From positions 32,001-96,000 of IMG/VR virus record IMGVR_UViG_3300025732_000021: a stretch of DNA of 64,000 nucleotides; one strand, 5' to 3'. Of the stretch, positions 25,149-35,531 are shown one piece after another. The stretch's first letter is position 1. Every line of letters begins with the position of its first letter. The notes beneath the pieces were generated by a model that made no database searches, was not told where the DNA came from, and was given only the letters and a program-made list of their open reading frames with translations. This DNA comes from a virus. The position numbers and the translations under genes are program-made.

Positions 25149-26679
25149 AAAATTTTTCTTTTAGTATTTCAAAATGCGACTTAGAATTATCTACAATACT
25201 ATCCCAATTTTTCTTTGCCTCTAATCTCTTACTAAAATATTCATCCATTTTAGTTTTTATATCAGAGTTATTAAAGTGCGACATTTTTTCTAATAAACTA
25301 ATATATGTTTTGTGGAAAGGCCTTATGCCAAATCCAGTTTTAATTGTATCAACATTTTTATTTGCCCACTCAACTGATGATTTAAAATAGTTTTCTGGAT
25401 ATTTTTTTGAAGTTATATGCTTCCAATATGGCGTATCTTCTCTTTGAGATAATGCATAATGCATTCCAACAAAATCAAACATTCTTTCAATTCTAGTTTT
25501 TGTCTTATAGTTAAAATTATCTATATCGTATTGTGTTACATGCTCTCTTTCAAGAGCATCAACCAAAGTAAAACAATTTTGATGAGTTAGTAACAATCCA
25601 GTACTTTCTAATGGTTCTAAAAATCCTGCAGATAATCCAATAGCAACTACATTTTTAACCCAAAATCTGTCATAATACCCATTAGTAATTTTTATATTTT
25701 TAAAAGTTAAATTTTTAGATCTATTTGGATCATGAACTACCATTTTGTCTGAATCTAAATAATTTTTATATTCTTCTAATGCATCATCATCTGAAATAAA
25801 TTCATTACAGTATACGTACCCAGAGCCTATTCTATTCCATAAAGGAATATTCCAAATCCACCCATTATTTATAGCAGTACAATTTGTAAAAGTTTGTAAT
25901 TCTTTCTCTTTATCAGTATATGGAATATGTGCAGTCCATGCTCTATTATTTGGAAGGTATTCAGCAGTAGAAATAAATTTTTCTTTCATAAAATTACCCA
26001 AAAGGATACTTTTAAATCCAGAACAATCTATAAATAAGTCAGCATAAACTTTAGTGCCATTGTCTAAAAGTATAGATGTTATACCATTTTCATTTCCATC
26101 AATATCAGTAACTGTACCAAATATTCTATTTACACCCCTGGGGATAGCATAATATTCTGCAAGCCAGTTACCAAGTTTAGTAGCATCCATCTGCAATGCT
26201 AAATCCCTATGAGGCTGATATGGATTCATTGAGTCTATATGATCAATTACAAGTTTGTTTGTTTCCATGCTTTTAGCCTGCGGGAAAAAATATCTTACAT
26301 AATCTTGATCTTCTGTTTTTGGATAAAATGCTTTTTTATAATGCCAATCATCAAGTCCATAATGTGTTATTTCTGGGTCTAAATTGGGGTGTCCAAACGG
26401 ATAATAAAATGTTGGCGAATCTTTAGTTTTAAAGTTAGTAAAACCTATTGCCACTTTATAGGCAGCATTTGTATATTTCATAATGCTTGAATAGTCTAAA
26501 TCTAAAAAATTAAAAAATCCATTTATTTCAAATGTAGTACTTTCTCCTACACCAATAATTGGAATATCTGTGCTTTCAATTAAAGAAATATTTTTTTCTG
26601 GGTATGCTTTTATTAGTGCAGATGCAGTCATCCATCCAGCAGAACCCCCGCCAACTATTACTATTTTATTAATTTGCAT
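25135..26679 (-). CDS. flavin-dependent tryptophan-halogenase-family protein
   Basis: GGGSAGWMTA, IGVGEST, K, FIDCSGF, WIWNIPL (WxWxIP), GFLEPLESTG. Confidence 0.9.
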   Translation of the reverse strand: MQINKIVIVGGGSAGWMTASALIKAYPEKNISLIESTDIPIIGVGESTTFEINGFFNFLDLDYSSIMKYTNAAYKVAIGFTNFKTKDSPTFYYPFGHPNLDPEITHYGLDDWHYKKAFYPKTEDQDYVRYFFPQAKSMETNKLVIDHIDSMNPYQPHRDLALQMDATKLGNWLAEYYAIPRGVNRIFGTVTDIDGNENGITSILLDNGTKVYADLFIDCSGFKSILLGNFMKEKFISTAEYLPNNRAWTAHIPYTDKEKELQTFTNCTAINNGWIWNIPLWNRIGSGYVYCNEFISDDDALEEYKNYLDSDKMVVHDPNRSKNLTFKNIKITNGYYDRFWVKNVVAIGLSAGFLEPLESTGLLLTHQNCFTLVDALEREHVTQYDIDNFNYKTKTRIERMFDFVGMHYALSQREDTPYWKHITSKKYPENYFKSSVEWANKNVDTIKTGFGIRPFHKTYISLLEKMSHFNNSDIKTKMDEYFSKRLEAKKNWDSIVDNSKSHFEILKEKFYETE

Positions 26680-27031
26680 CTGGCTTCATACTTTCTAAGT
26701 TATCAAAAGCCTTTTTAATTCTAAGAACAGATAAATCATTTGGAGACGATGACTCTTGATCTAAAATTTTAGCAAATGTAATTAATTCTTTTTGTAAATC
26801 TTCAATATACTTATACGCCATATCTCTTGTTTCAGTTAAAAATGCTATTAGATGTTCTTGTTCAATATTTTCTGAATTATTTTCTATTTTTTCTTTAATA
26901 CTGTTTATATCTATGGCAGATTGTGTTAACAAAAACATTAACTCTATATTTTTATTTTTTAATCTTATGTTTTCTATAACTGCGCCAACAATAACTATAA
27001 CAACTAAAATAAAAACTAATAAATCAAGCAT
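26669..27031 (-). CDS. membrane-anchored coiled-coil protein
   Basis: N-terminal TM helix. Confidence 0.65.
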   Translation of the reverse strand: MLDLLVFILVVIVIVGAVIENIRLKNKNIELMFLLTQSAIDINSIKEKIENNSENIEQEHLIAFLTETRDMAYKYIEDLQKELITFAKILDQESSSPNDLSVLRIKKAFDNLESMKPDAN

Positions 27032-27521
27032 ATTTATCCTCGTGTGTTGGCCAATAATACTTACAAGGTTCTTTACGATTTGGACAGCAAGGTGAGTTAT
27101 TTATGCTATAAATAGCGTGTTGAAATTTTGCATAATAAAGAGGATCTTTTTTAAATAAATTTGCTTTGTGTGTGGTAATAACAAGCATTAATTTATTTTT
27201 ATCTATAAACCATTTAGGTTTATTTTTACCCCAAATTTTAGAAAATCTTGTTTTTAATAATTTCATATTTTCTTGATTTTTATCAACTTTTATATTTCTA
27301 GACTTTGCTTCTTTAATCATTGCATAAACGTATTCATTAAGCATCCATTCGCTGCCTTTCCACATAAGTACGGCAGGATGATTGCGCCAACCACCAGTAG
27401 GTGAGTTTCCAGAGAGCACATTTAGTATTTGGTAGCCTTCTAATATTTGCTTATTTAATCTTTTAGAATCAAGCATTTTTGCACAGATATTAAAATCTGA
27501 TGATGGTAGAAATGTTTGCAT
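27024..27521 (-). CDS. pyrimidine-dimer DNA glycosylase family (MSMEG_6728-like)
   Basis: MQTFLP, LDSKRLNKQILE, GWRNHPAVLMW, YYWP. Confidence 0.85.
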   Translation of the reverse strand: MQTFLPSSDFNICAKMLDSKRLNKQILEGYQILNVLSGNSPTGGWRNHPAVLMWKGSEWMLNEYVYAMIKEAKSRNIKVDKNQENMKLLKTRFSKIWGKNKPKWFIDKNKLMLVITTHKANLFKKDPLYYAKFQHAIYSINNSPCCPNRKEPCKYYWPTHEDKYA

Positions 27522-27651
27522 TATAGATCTTCCTCGTCTTCTATATCTCCAAATATATCAAAGTCTTCAATTTTTGTCAACTGCCTAACCCAAAATGTTA
27601 ATATTGTTGATAAGGTTATTATTCCAATAATGCCAAAAATAAATTTATTTT

Positions 27652-27888
27652 TCATTTTCCGCCTTCTCTTACTAATAAGACAATGGCACCATTATCTTCT
27701 AATGCTTTTTTTACTCTTACCATATATTCTACAGCACGACGCTTGTCTTCGTCAAGTAACGACATAAAAGATTTTTCTGATGCTTTAACAGTAATAAAAT
27801 TATCATTATCTATAAGTTCTAAACTAAAACCTTTAGGACAAAAATGGTTTAATGACCTAAAAGCCCTACGCATTCCATCTGTATACAT
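27652..27888 (-). CDS. hypothetical protein
   Basis: Coupled to neighbours in a minus-strand operon. Confidence 0.7.
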   Translation of the reverse strand: MYTDGMRRAFRSLNHFCPKGFSLELIDNDNFITVKASEKSFMSLLDEDKRRAVEYMVRVKKALEDNGAIVLLVREGGK

Positions 27889-28191
27889 TTATGACAAAAG
27901 GTCTTCTGATTGTTTTGGCGCTGTAATAATAATAGCCTTAGAACCTTCCCAACGAACTCTTCCCTTACATCCAACATTCCATTTTGTCTCACCGTTATGC
28001 TGATTCACAATATCATAAACATATCCATGAATTTCAAATCCACTTGCTAAATTTTCAACTCCATTAATAAAAATTCTCCATACCAAAGGATCTTCTGGTT
28101 GTGCCTTTGTATTAAACCTTACAGTAATTTCATCATATGGTCTAATCCAACGGTCTTTTACTATTTCCCAAATATATTTAATTTTATTCAT
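27889..28191 (-). CDS. hypothetical protein
   Basis: Coupled; RFNTK...WRIFING. Confidence 0.7.
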   Translation of the reverse strand: MNKIKYIWEIVKDRWIRPYDEITVRFNTKAQPEDPLVWRIFINGVENLASGFEIHGYVYDIVNQHNGETKWNVGCKGRVRWEGSKAIIITAPKQSEDLLS

Positions 28192-28949
28192 ATTCCCATT
28201 TCCTTACGTTTTTGTGTCGCAGAAATAGCCTGTATTTCTGGAGCAAGTTCAATCTGTTCAATTTTATATCCTACATCACGACCATAAACTATGTTAGTAA
28301 TATTTGGCAAACGTAGCACCATTGCCCCATCCATAAACTCATCTTTTGAAATATATTCTTTAACTTGATCAAATTTAAGCGGATCTTTTGGACTTGTGTT
28401 ATATGTATTGCGTACCCCAAGAAGCACTTGTTTTGTTCTTTTCCCAGCCTCTTCATACAAAGCATGATGGCCTTCATGCCAAGGCTGATATCTACCAAGC
28501 ATTAATGTTGTAGGTGCTGACCAATCGTGTAAATTAAATTGATTAATGATTACCGATGCTTTTTCATTGGCATCCCATTCATGACTAATAAATGCCATAT
28601 CAAAGTTAGATGGCACTTCAAACATTTTATTAGTATCTTCAAATCTACCAGCCTCAATTGTTTCCATATAAACTAAAATATCTGGCTTACCAAATGCTGC
28701 ACGAGTTAATTCTGTAGGACAAACAAAATCAACTACTACTGGTGCAACCCCTTGTTTTGCAATAAGACGAGCCATCTCACCCATTCGTCTTGCCTGCTCA
28801 ATCCTATCTTCATGGCTAAAGCCAAGGTCAGAATTTACGGTAGCACGAACCTCATCCGCATTAAGATGAATAGCATTAATTCGTTCTTTTAATGCTTTTG
28901 CTAACTCTGTCTTACCAGAACCTGGTAATCCTATAATTTGTATAATCAT
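28188..28949 (-). CDS. adenylylsulfate-kinase-like domain fused to an HxGH nucleotidyltransferase
   Basis: GLPGSGKT P-loop, NADEVR, DLGFSHEDR; C-terminal GRYQPWHEGH. Confidence 0.85.
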   Translation of the reverse strand: MIIQIIGLPGSGKTELAKALKERINAIHLNADEVRATVNSDLGFSHEDRIEQARRMGEMARLIAKQGVAPVVVDFVCPTELTRAAFGKPDILVYMETIEAGRFEDTNKMFEVPSNFDMAFISHEWDANEKASVIINQFNLHDWSAPTTLMLGRYQPWHEGHHALYEEAGKRTKQVLLGVRNTYNTSPKDPLKFDQVKEYISKDEFMDGAMVLRLPNITNIVYGRDVGYKIEQIELAPEIQAISATQKRKEMGI

Positions 28950-29152
28950 TCAAAATCCCTCTGACTTTCAAAAATTTTATTTATATCATCTTCAATTATA
29001 TCAAATGATCTATTATCATGATTTTTACATACAGGATGTATTGAGTAACCATCTGCAATTATTGTTATTGCAAAACCATCACAGTAATAACATTTAGACA
29101 TAATTTTTTTATTTTTTTGTCTTAAAAATTCTAAATATTCTTTATTGTTCAT
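28946..29152 (-). CDS. small Cys/His protein
   Basis: CYYC...CKNH. Confidence 0.6.
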   Translation of the reverse strand: MNNKEYLEFLRQKNKKIMSKCYYCDGFAITIIADGYSIHPVCKNHDNRSFDIIEDDINKIFESQRDFE

Positions 29153-29154
29153 TT

Positions 29155-29595
29155 TTATACTCTTCCAATATGATCACTACAGATTCCAGCCATCTGCATA
29201 TTTAAAACATCTGCGGTTGGCATTTCTTGATGAACCAAAATACTTTTTGGTGTAACTGGCATACCAGGGTATGTCCATATATAATGATTAGTAGTTATTG
29301 TAAAATCATCTTCTTGGTGCCAAAACGCATTATAATATTTTGGCATTGATAAAACTAAATCTAAGGCTTCTAAATTTTTACAATGAATCCATAACTTTTT
29401 AATATAAGAATTTAAAAAATATATGTCGATCTCATATGTTGGTTTATCATGTCCTAAATACATTTTATTATTTACAAACCAAAAATCTATTTCAACATTG
29501 TATCCAGCATTTATAGCCTCAGCAATATAATCTGGGGAGTTTTCTCTTGATTCATTTTTACCATATAGATTACCCCTATGTGATATTTTAATCAT
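29155..29595 (-). CDS. glycerophosphodiester-phosphodiesterase-like (PLC-like) protein
   Basis: ISHRGN, ENS, VEID, LGHD, WIHCKN, GICSD. Confidence 0.8.
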   Translation of the reverse strand: MIKISHRGNLYGKNESRENSPDYIAEAINAGYNVEIDFWFVNNKMYLGHDKPTYEIDIYFLNSYIKKLWIHCKNLEALDLVLSMPKYYNAFWHQEDDFTITTNHYIWTYPGMPVTPKSILVHQEMPTADVLNMQMAGICSDHIGRV

Positions 29596-30793
29596 TAACA
29601 ATTCCCCACTTTTCTATAGCAGAAATATATTCTGGACCATAGGACTTATCTATAGCCTGCCTCATGGCCATAGTGCCCCCTAAAGTGCCACCAGAATGCC
29701 CGTGGATGGCTCCTCCTACGTTTGCCATATAGTTTATACCAAACCTTCTGCTTATAGCCTCTACAAGGCCAGGATGCATTCCGCAACTTAGCGCTGGCAC
29801 AACATTATTATCATTTAATAAATCTATAGATCTTTTTAAATTATCTTCGTCATCACTTAAATACCCACCCCACATACCAGTATGTATCGTATCTACTCCC
29901 ATTAATGCTGCTAACTTACAAATAACATACCAATCAATTCTAAAATTATGACTAGGATTTGTTAATATCTTATCCCCGCTTTTTTGAAAATGCATATATA
30001 TTGGAAGATCCATTTTTCGTATAGAGTTATATGCTCCAAATCCGCTCCAGAAGTTTACATGTACACCATTACCACCATTTTCATATACTGTTTTTACTCT
30101 ATTTAAAATAGCATGTGGATCAGCATTAATACAATGAGCAAAAACTACCTTTCTTCCAGAATCTGCGATAATGTTAGCAATGTGCTCAACTCTTTCTTCT
30201 AGCCTACAAAATGTTGGGTTAGATAATATTTCATCTTCTTTAATAAAATCAACGCCACCATCAATTAACTCTTTAACTATATATCCTAGTTGTTTAACTG
30301 ATATTCCAGTTTTAGGTTTTACAATACCGCCTAACAATGGCTTATTTTTTTGTCCAGTTAACTCTCTTATTCCAGACATACCAAACTTAGGGCCAAGAAA
30401 ACTCTTTTTTACACTTTCTGGAAATTCAACATCTACCACTCTACATACTTTAAATACATCAATGTCTAATTGTCCACCCATAATCTGACATAAGAAATGC
30501 GAAATACCATCGTTATCCCAATCTGAATTTATTTTTGGAAAACCAATTTTAACAAAACCATTTAGTGCTAATTTTAATTTTTCTTCATCATCATAAATAA
30601 CACATGATGACATTTCAAATATATCATCAGTTTCCCAACTATTTCTTTGTTTTGGATTACCAACACTTTGTCCAATAGCAAGCGCCCATGCAGCATCATT
30701 TAATCTACCATGTGAAGGATTGACTTCTATATAATATGTTACAACTATACATCTTTGTTTTTCAGAGTCGTCTAAGTCTCTATAAAACTTCAT
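29588..30793 (-). CDS. RuBisCO-like protein (form IV RLP)
   Basis: GPKFGMSGIREL, PLLGGIVKPKTG, GGVDFIKEDE, IHTG, ALSCGMHPG, VGGAIHGH. Confidence 0.9.
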   Translation of the reverse strand: MKFYRDLDDSEKQRCIVVTYYIEVNPSHGRLNDAAWALAIGQSVGNPKQRNSWETDDIFEMSSCVIYDDEEKLKLALNGFVKIGFPKINSDWDNDGISHFLCQIMGGQLDIDVFKVCRVVDVEFPESVKKSFLGPKFGMSGIRELTGQKNKPLLGGIVKPKTGISVKQLGYIVKELIDGGVDFIKEDEILSNPTFCRLEERVEHIANIIADSGRKVVFAHCINADPHAILNRVKTVYENGGNGVHVNFWSGFGAYNSIRKMDLPIYMHFQKSGDKILTNPSHNFRIDWYVICKLAALMGVDTIHTGMWGGYLSDDEDNLKRSIDLLNDNNVVPALSCGMHPGLVEAISRRFGINYMANVGGAIHGHSGGTLGGTMAMRQAIDKSYGPEYISAIEKWGIVND

Positions 30794-31103
30794 ACTTATC
30801 TCCTATAATAGATGGAACTTTTACTACTAAAACTGAACAATCTTCTAAAAATATTGGATCTGCTATATCTCCTGGATTAAAAACAAAAACGTCTCCAGAT
30901 TTTAATTCTTTTCCTTGTATTATCATTCTACCAGATACAAGAACATTATATTCTGTTGCAACCTCATGGTAATGTTTTGGCCACATTTCTCCAGCCTTAT
31001 GAGTTAACAAACCAACCTCAAATTTATCTGTTTTTAATAAAGACGGATCAAAGTTTCCTATAATCCATCCTCTGGTAAAGTCTTCTATTCTTCTAATTTC
31101 CAT
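30780..31103 (-). CDS. cupin-domain protein
   Basis: RGWIIGNF, HYH..ATEYN, GDVFVFNPG, VKVPS..GDK. Confidence 0.8.
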   Translation of the reverse strand: MEIRRIEDFTRGWIIGNFDPSLLKTDKFEVGLLTHKAGEMWPKHYHEVATEYNVLVSGRMIIQGKELKSGDVFVFNPGDIADPIFLEDCSVLVVKVPSIIGDKYEVL

Positions 31104-31813
31104 AGTTTCTCCATATATAGTTCTAAATCAGAAGGTACTCCAACAGCATTATGTTGAAAAGAAGGTATGTGATAAATTCCAATTTTTTTACCATCTTTAA
31201 TCATTGAATTATAAGTAGGTCCTACATAAAATTCTCCATTATATCTTTCGTTATTTAATATCATTTTGCTTGCACTATCAACAAAATCTTTTCCATGTTT
31301 CCAATAATGTATTCCATTTAATGATATATCACTTATAATTTCTTTTTCTTTTATTTCTAAAACTAATCCATTTTTATTTATTTTAGCATAACTATTTTTA
31401 TCTGTATTTGCGGTATAAGTTACAATCATTCCATCATATTTTGAATTACGTGCTACCTGTAAAAATAAATCAGAATCCCACCACATTATTTGATCAGAGT
31501 TAGCAATTATGAGTTCTTCATCATTATTGATAAAATCTTTTGCCATCAAGCATGTTTCTGCTGGTCCATTTGTTAATTTATCAATCTTAATAATATTACA
31601 TGTTGGCTCAATGTTTTTTAATGTTGAATATAATTCATCAAAAAATATGTTATCTCTAACTACAAAATTATACTTTCCTTTTATAGATAAAGAATTTATG
31701 GCATGCTGTATCATAGAAATTCCATTTATTTTTATTAATGGCTTAGTTGTTTTATATATGTCTACTGGAAACCTACTACCAAGTCCAGCAATTGGAATAA
31801 GTATATTAGTCAT
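31085..31813 (-). CDS. sugar-phosphate nucleotidyltransferase (GT-A/NTP_transferase)
   Basis: IPIAGLGSRF...KPLI, GPAET, ANSDQ, EIKEK, NGEFYV. Confidence 0.85.
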   Translation of the reverse strand: MTNILIPIAGLGSRFPVDIYKTTKPLIKINGISMIQHAINSLSIKGKYNFVVRDNIFFDELYSTLKNIEPTCNIIKIDKLTNGPAETCLMAKDFINNDEELIIANSDQIMWWDSDLFLQVARNSKYDGMIVTYTANTDKNSYAKINKNGLVLEIKEKEIISDISLNGIHYWKHGKDFVDSASKMILNNERYNGEFYVGPTYNSMIKDGKKIGIYHIPSFQHNAVGVPSDLELYMEKLWKLEE

Positions 31814-32768
31814 ATATTTTTATAAACCTTTCAAGTTCTTTTTCTATTTTATCATATTTTCTAGTGACATTTGGTACTGATACATATATTTTTTCAGAAA
31901 ATAAAGAAGATATTAGATAAAAATGAAAATGAAATTCTATATTCTGTTTAAGTAATTGTGTTGTACTTAACTCTATAATGGTTGTATTTTTTCTCATAAA
32001 AAGCAAATTAGTGAGTCCTGATCCAGATAATGAAACTATAATTTTTGCTTTATCAAAATATTTTATTTGATCTTCAATGCTATTAAACATTTCTGGGGTA
32101 CATATTTCAAATCCATTGGCTCTTAATAAATTCTCTAAATATTCTTCATTATCAATTCTTAAATCATCTTTAAATTCTAATTTATCTATTTCTTCTTGTG
32201 ACATTTGGTGTAATTGTGTTGCCATCATGTTTTGTTTTTTTTGTCTAGAAACATATATTTTTTTGTCATTAGATATAGAAAGATCTCGATATCCTTCAAC
32301 CATCTCATCAAGACAGCGAATAAATTCTCCACATAACTCTGTCTCTTCGTAATAATAAAAATTTCTAACTATTGGGGGATAAATAGAATGTGTTTGCACA
32401 ACGCTATACGGAATACCATATTTTCTTAATACATTTATTACAAATAATCCACTATTATGAAAAATATCTTTTTCTTTGCTTGGATGTAATAGTATTACCT
32501 CAATGTTTTTATCTTGTTTATATTCATATAAAATTGGACCAAGTACGTGAAAAAATATATGAAAAAATGCTGACTCAAATCTAACGACTATCCTTTTTCT
32601 ATTAGTATCATCTAAAAAGTGATCTCCGTTATTATGTTGATTAAATGTATAGCCCTTAAATTCTTCATGAGTTATCTTAGTAATAATTGGCATAGAAGCA
32701 TTAAATCCATCTTCAATTTTAAATAAGCCATCATAATATATTGGCTTTCTTGGTTCCATTCTTATCAT
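31806..32768 (-). CDS. glycosyltransferase family 61-like
   Basis: FFH, KIYVSR, R..NE, EDQIKYF, SGSGLTNLLFM, IIEL. Confidence 0.75.
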   Translation of the reverse strand: MIRMEPRKPIYYDGLFKIEDGFNASMPIITKITHEEFKGYTFNQHNNGDHFLDDTNRKRIVVRFESAFFHIFFHVLGPILYEYKQDKNIEVILLHPSKEKDIFHNSGLFVINVLRKYGIPYSVVQTHSIYPPIVRNFYYYEETELCGEFIRCLDEMVEGYRDLSISNDKKIYVSRQKKQNMMATQLHQMSQEEIDKLEFKDDLRIDNEEYLENLLRANGFEICTPEMFNSIEDQIKYFDKAKIIVSLSGSGLTNLLFMRKNTTIIELSTTQLLKQNIEFHFHFYLISSLFSEKIYVSVPNVTRKYDKIEKELERFIKIYD

Positions 32769-33694
32769 AAATACTCCAAAAATTTTCTTTTTTCAAAATA
32801 TTCTATTATATGCTCTGATTTTCTTTCATGTGGAATAGTAATAAGATTATGTTTTTTTGCCCAAGCAAAACCTTCATAAAATGGATGCACTTGTTGTGTT
32901 CCACCTATTAATACTGGGGTTTGCAATTCCACCACAATTTGTGATGGCTGCAAAAACATCATATTAGCCATGCCAGAACCAGATGGACATATCATTGCCT
33001 TTACACTGTCAAAATAAATAATTTGTTCTTCAAAACTTGCAAAATCTTCTGGATAAACTATGTCAAAACCTTTTTGCTTAAAATATTCAATTAATACCTC
33101 TTCATCTTCTATCCTTAAATCATTTTTTATTCTAAAAGAATTTTGATCTTTTCCATTAAAAATACTATTTTCTGCTTTTGGTGGAACTTTTGATCTTGCT
33201 AAATAGGCAACTTTATTAGGAGATTTAACTCTATTTATTTTAGTACTACAATAGTCATACACTTCTTTAAAAACAAAAGAAGAAAAAGGTATAACTGACA
33301 TATATGTTGCATCTTTAACTACAATTGACTCTTCTTTTAAATAAACTAATTCATATTTAATTTTTTTATCATCTAAAAGTTTTAAGATAAACTTAGCATG
33401 ATTTATTTCTTTGTCTTCTTCACGATAATCTAATCCAAACATTATGACAAAATAAGCATCATTATTTATTCTATGATAGTGTAAAATGTACTGAACCATA
33501 TTAAAAAATGCATGTAAAAAATTTTTTTGCCATAAGACTAAATGAAGATCAGGTTTTTCAATTAGTCTTTCAGAAAATTCCTCATTATCTTCTAACTGTC
33601 CCATAATTGGCCATACATAACCTAATTTTGGAACACTTATTCTATGTAGTCCCTCTAGTTTATTTGGCTGCTTCCAATCTCCGTATACAAACAT
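32765..33694 (-). CDS. glycosyltransferase family 61-like, tandem paralog
   Basis: AYLARS, RIEDE, EEQIIYF, SGSGMANMMFL, VVEL. Confidence 0.75.
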   Translation of the reverse strand: MFVYGDWKQPNKLEGLHRISVPKLGYVWPIMGQLEDNEEFSERLIEKPDLHLVLWQKNFLHAFFNMVQYILHYHRINNDAYFVIMFGLDYREEDKEINHAKFILKLLDDKKIKYELVYLKEESIVVKDATYMSVIPFSSFVFKEVYDYCSTKINRVKSPNKVAYLARSKVPPKAENSIFNGKDQNSFRIKNDLRIEDEEVLIEYFKQKGFDIVYPEDFASFEEQIIYFDSVKAMICPSGSGMANMMFLQPSQIVVELQTPVLIGGTQQVHPFYEGFAWAKKHNLITIPHERKSEHIIEYFEKRKFLEYL

Positions 33695-33979
33695 TTATTT
33701 TTCATTTGTCAGGATAGTCCAGACATTGCTCCAATCTTTTTCTGATCTATGGGAATTAAATTCTTTAGAAATATCACCATTTTCTAAATAAACTCCACCC
33801 CAAACTCCCCATTCTTTTTGAGAAACACCTACAGAAAAACAAGTTTTTAAGACTGGACAACTTAAACATAATTTGTCTATTGCTTCTCTAAAAGACTCAG
33901 ATTCTTCATATTTATCAAAAAATATATTTGTGTCATATCCAAGGCAACTGGCATTATCTTTCCATTTTATTTTATGCAT
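33695..33979 (-). CDS. whiB: WhiB-family Fe-S transcription factor
   Basis: W...ASC...IFF...CLSCPV..TC...WGVWGG (four Cys plus GVWGG). Confidence 0.9.
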   Translation of the reverse strand: MHKIKWKDNASCLGYDTNIFFDKYEESESFREAIDKLCLSCPVLKTCFSVGVSQKEWGVWGGVYLENGDISKEFNSHRSEKDWSNVWTILTNEK

Positions 33980-34547
33980 TTTTTTCCACTACCTTTATCA
34001 TTTTTTTACCCCATTTACTTTTTCGTGTGCTTTGCCATCGATCTAATTCTTTATCTTCAGGCCATTCATGCACCCATTCTTCCATTCCAATGGAGTATGC
34101 TATATTTAGTGCCTCTTCTTTATTATTTGCAAGAACATCTAAATAATATTTATCTGAAAAAATTATTTCTGCCCTATATATTTTTTCTCCATTGCCGTAA
34201 TTTTTTTTATTAACTATTCTAAATTTATATGTATCTATTTTGCCATGTGTTATTGTATAATTTGTTGAATTTAATAATAAAAATCCATCTCCAATATTTC
34301 CAACAACACCACTAACCACAAAAGAAAAAATATTATTATCCCAATAAGATATTCTTGTATTGTTTTCTTTTATTACTAAAACAAGTATATGTGGATCTAG
34401 AAAATTAAACGGCTCAGTATCTACATCAATTCCTTTTTCAATACATTTAGATTTAGCAGATGAAATTGCTGTATCAAAATCATCAGAATCTTCATTAAAT
34501 ATTTGAGGAAGAGTAATAACTGAACCTTTAAATATATTAAATTTCAT
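33972..34547 (-). CDS. hypothetical protein
   Basis: ORF track; operon context. Confidence 0.6.
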   Translation of the reverse strand: MKFNIFKGSVITLPQIFNEDSDDFDTAISSAKSKCIEKGIDVDTEPFNFLDPHILVLVIKENNTRISYWDNNIFSFVVSGVVGNIGDGFLLLNSTNYTITHGKIDTYKFRIVNKKNYGNGEKIYRAEIIFSDKYYLDVLANNKEEALNIAYSIGMEEWVHEWPEDKELDRWQSTRKSKWGKKMIKVVEKNA

Positions 34548-34548
34548 A

Positions 34549-34755
34549 TTATGTCAGTTTTTCTGGTATATACCAACCATCTCTGTTTAACTTAATTTTA
34601 TTAACAATATACCATTTTCCATTAATAAACTTACCATTTTTAGAAGTTCTACCTTTGTCTGTTTTTGTTTTATGCATTACATCCCAGCCAGACCAAAACA
34701 GCGATCTATTATTTTTTACAATATTTTCCATTTGTTCTAATGACTTAATATACAT
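34549..34755 (-). CDS. hypothetical Trp-rich protein
   Basis: AAAGGA SD; LFWSGWDV. Confidence 0.7.
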   Translation of the reverse strand: MYIKSLEQMENIVKNNRSLFWSGWDVMHKTKTDKGRTSKNGKFINGKWYIVNKIKLNRDGWYIPEKLT

Positions 34756-34765
34756 TTTTTATCCT

Positions 34766-35116
34766 TTAGTATTTAAAAATTCCAACTTCAATATTATTTA
34801 ATTCTGCTTCTTTAACTAAATTACCTTTACCCTCATTTGGTGTTGCAAGGTAAGCAAAATAATCAATAGAAGACATATTTTCAATAACCCATGAAGGTGG
34901 GGTATGTATTAACTTAATTTTAATTCCACGAGATTTCATACTTCTTTCTGAAATATTTACAAATTCCATGGCCATAGAGTTTACCCTTGCAGGACCTACG
35001 CTATGTATATAAAAGTATTTGTCATCGTTTTTTAAACTAGTAAGAGCAACAGCAATAGCACGTAAAAAGACCTGGTAATCATTAAAACCATTAGTCCCTT
35101 GAACCACCACTATCAT
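34766..35116 (-). CDS. SLOG/YspA-like protein
   Basis: MIVVVQGT..FNDY..F pattern resembles the SLOG N-terminus. Confidence 0.5.
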   Translation of the reverse strand: MIVVVQGTNGFNDYQVFLRAIAVALTSLKNDDKYFYIHSVGPARVNSMAMEFVNISERSMKSRGIKIKLIHTPPSWVIENMSSIDYFAYLATPNEGKGNLVKEAELNNIEVGIFKY

Positions 35117-35516
35117 ATGTATCCTCTCTAAGCCTATCAATGATGAACATCATTTTATCTAATTGTACCTTATTCATAGCCATTGTGTCAACTATCCTAG
35201 TCGTATCTTTATCGACCATTCCATCTGAACTCATATCAGCCATATAAAATACATTATCTTTAATCCAATAAGCATTGTTATCCATAAGGATTACTTTGAT
35301 GCTATATTTTGATTCATGAATAGATGCCTGAGATTTTTTTCTATTATTTCTTTTTGTGTTTTTTGGTAATAAAGGAAGCACTATAGAATGTATATGGCTT
35401 TGACTGTATTTAATTTTTTTTATTTTTGGCTCTTTAAAAATATCATTTTTTATTTGAAGTTTAAACAAAACATAAATCAATAAAAAAGAACTAAAAAACC
35501 CCACTAAGTACTTCAT
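35091..35516 (-). CDS. membrane-anchored hypothetical protein
   Basis: N-terminal TM; AYWIKDNVFY. Confidence 0.7.
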   Translation of the reverse strand: MKYLVGFFSSFLLIYVLFKLQIKNDIFKEPKIKKIKYSQSHIHSIVLPLLPKNTKRNNRKKSQASIHESKYSIKVILMDNNAYWIKDNVFYMADMSSDGMVDKDTTRIVDTMAMNKVQLDKMMFIIDRLREDTYDSGGSRD

Positions 35517-35531
35517 AATAGAACTATTATA

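Noticed and set aside
29588-30793. True CO2-fixing RuBisCO (rbcL)
   Set aside because: Lacks the H294/R295 and K334 equivalents; no rbcS or prk; sits in a glycosylation context
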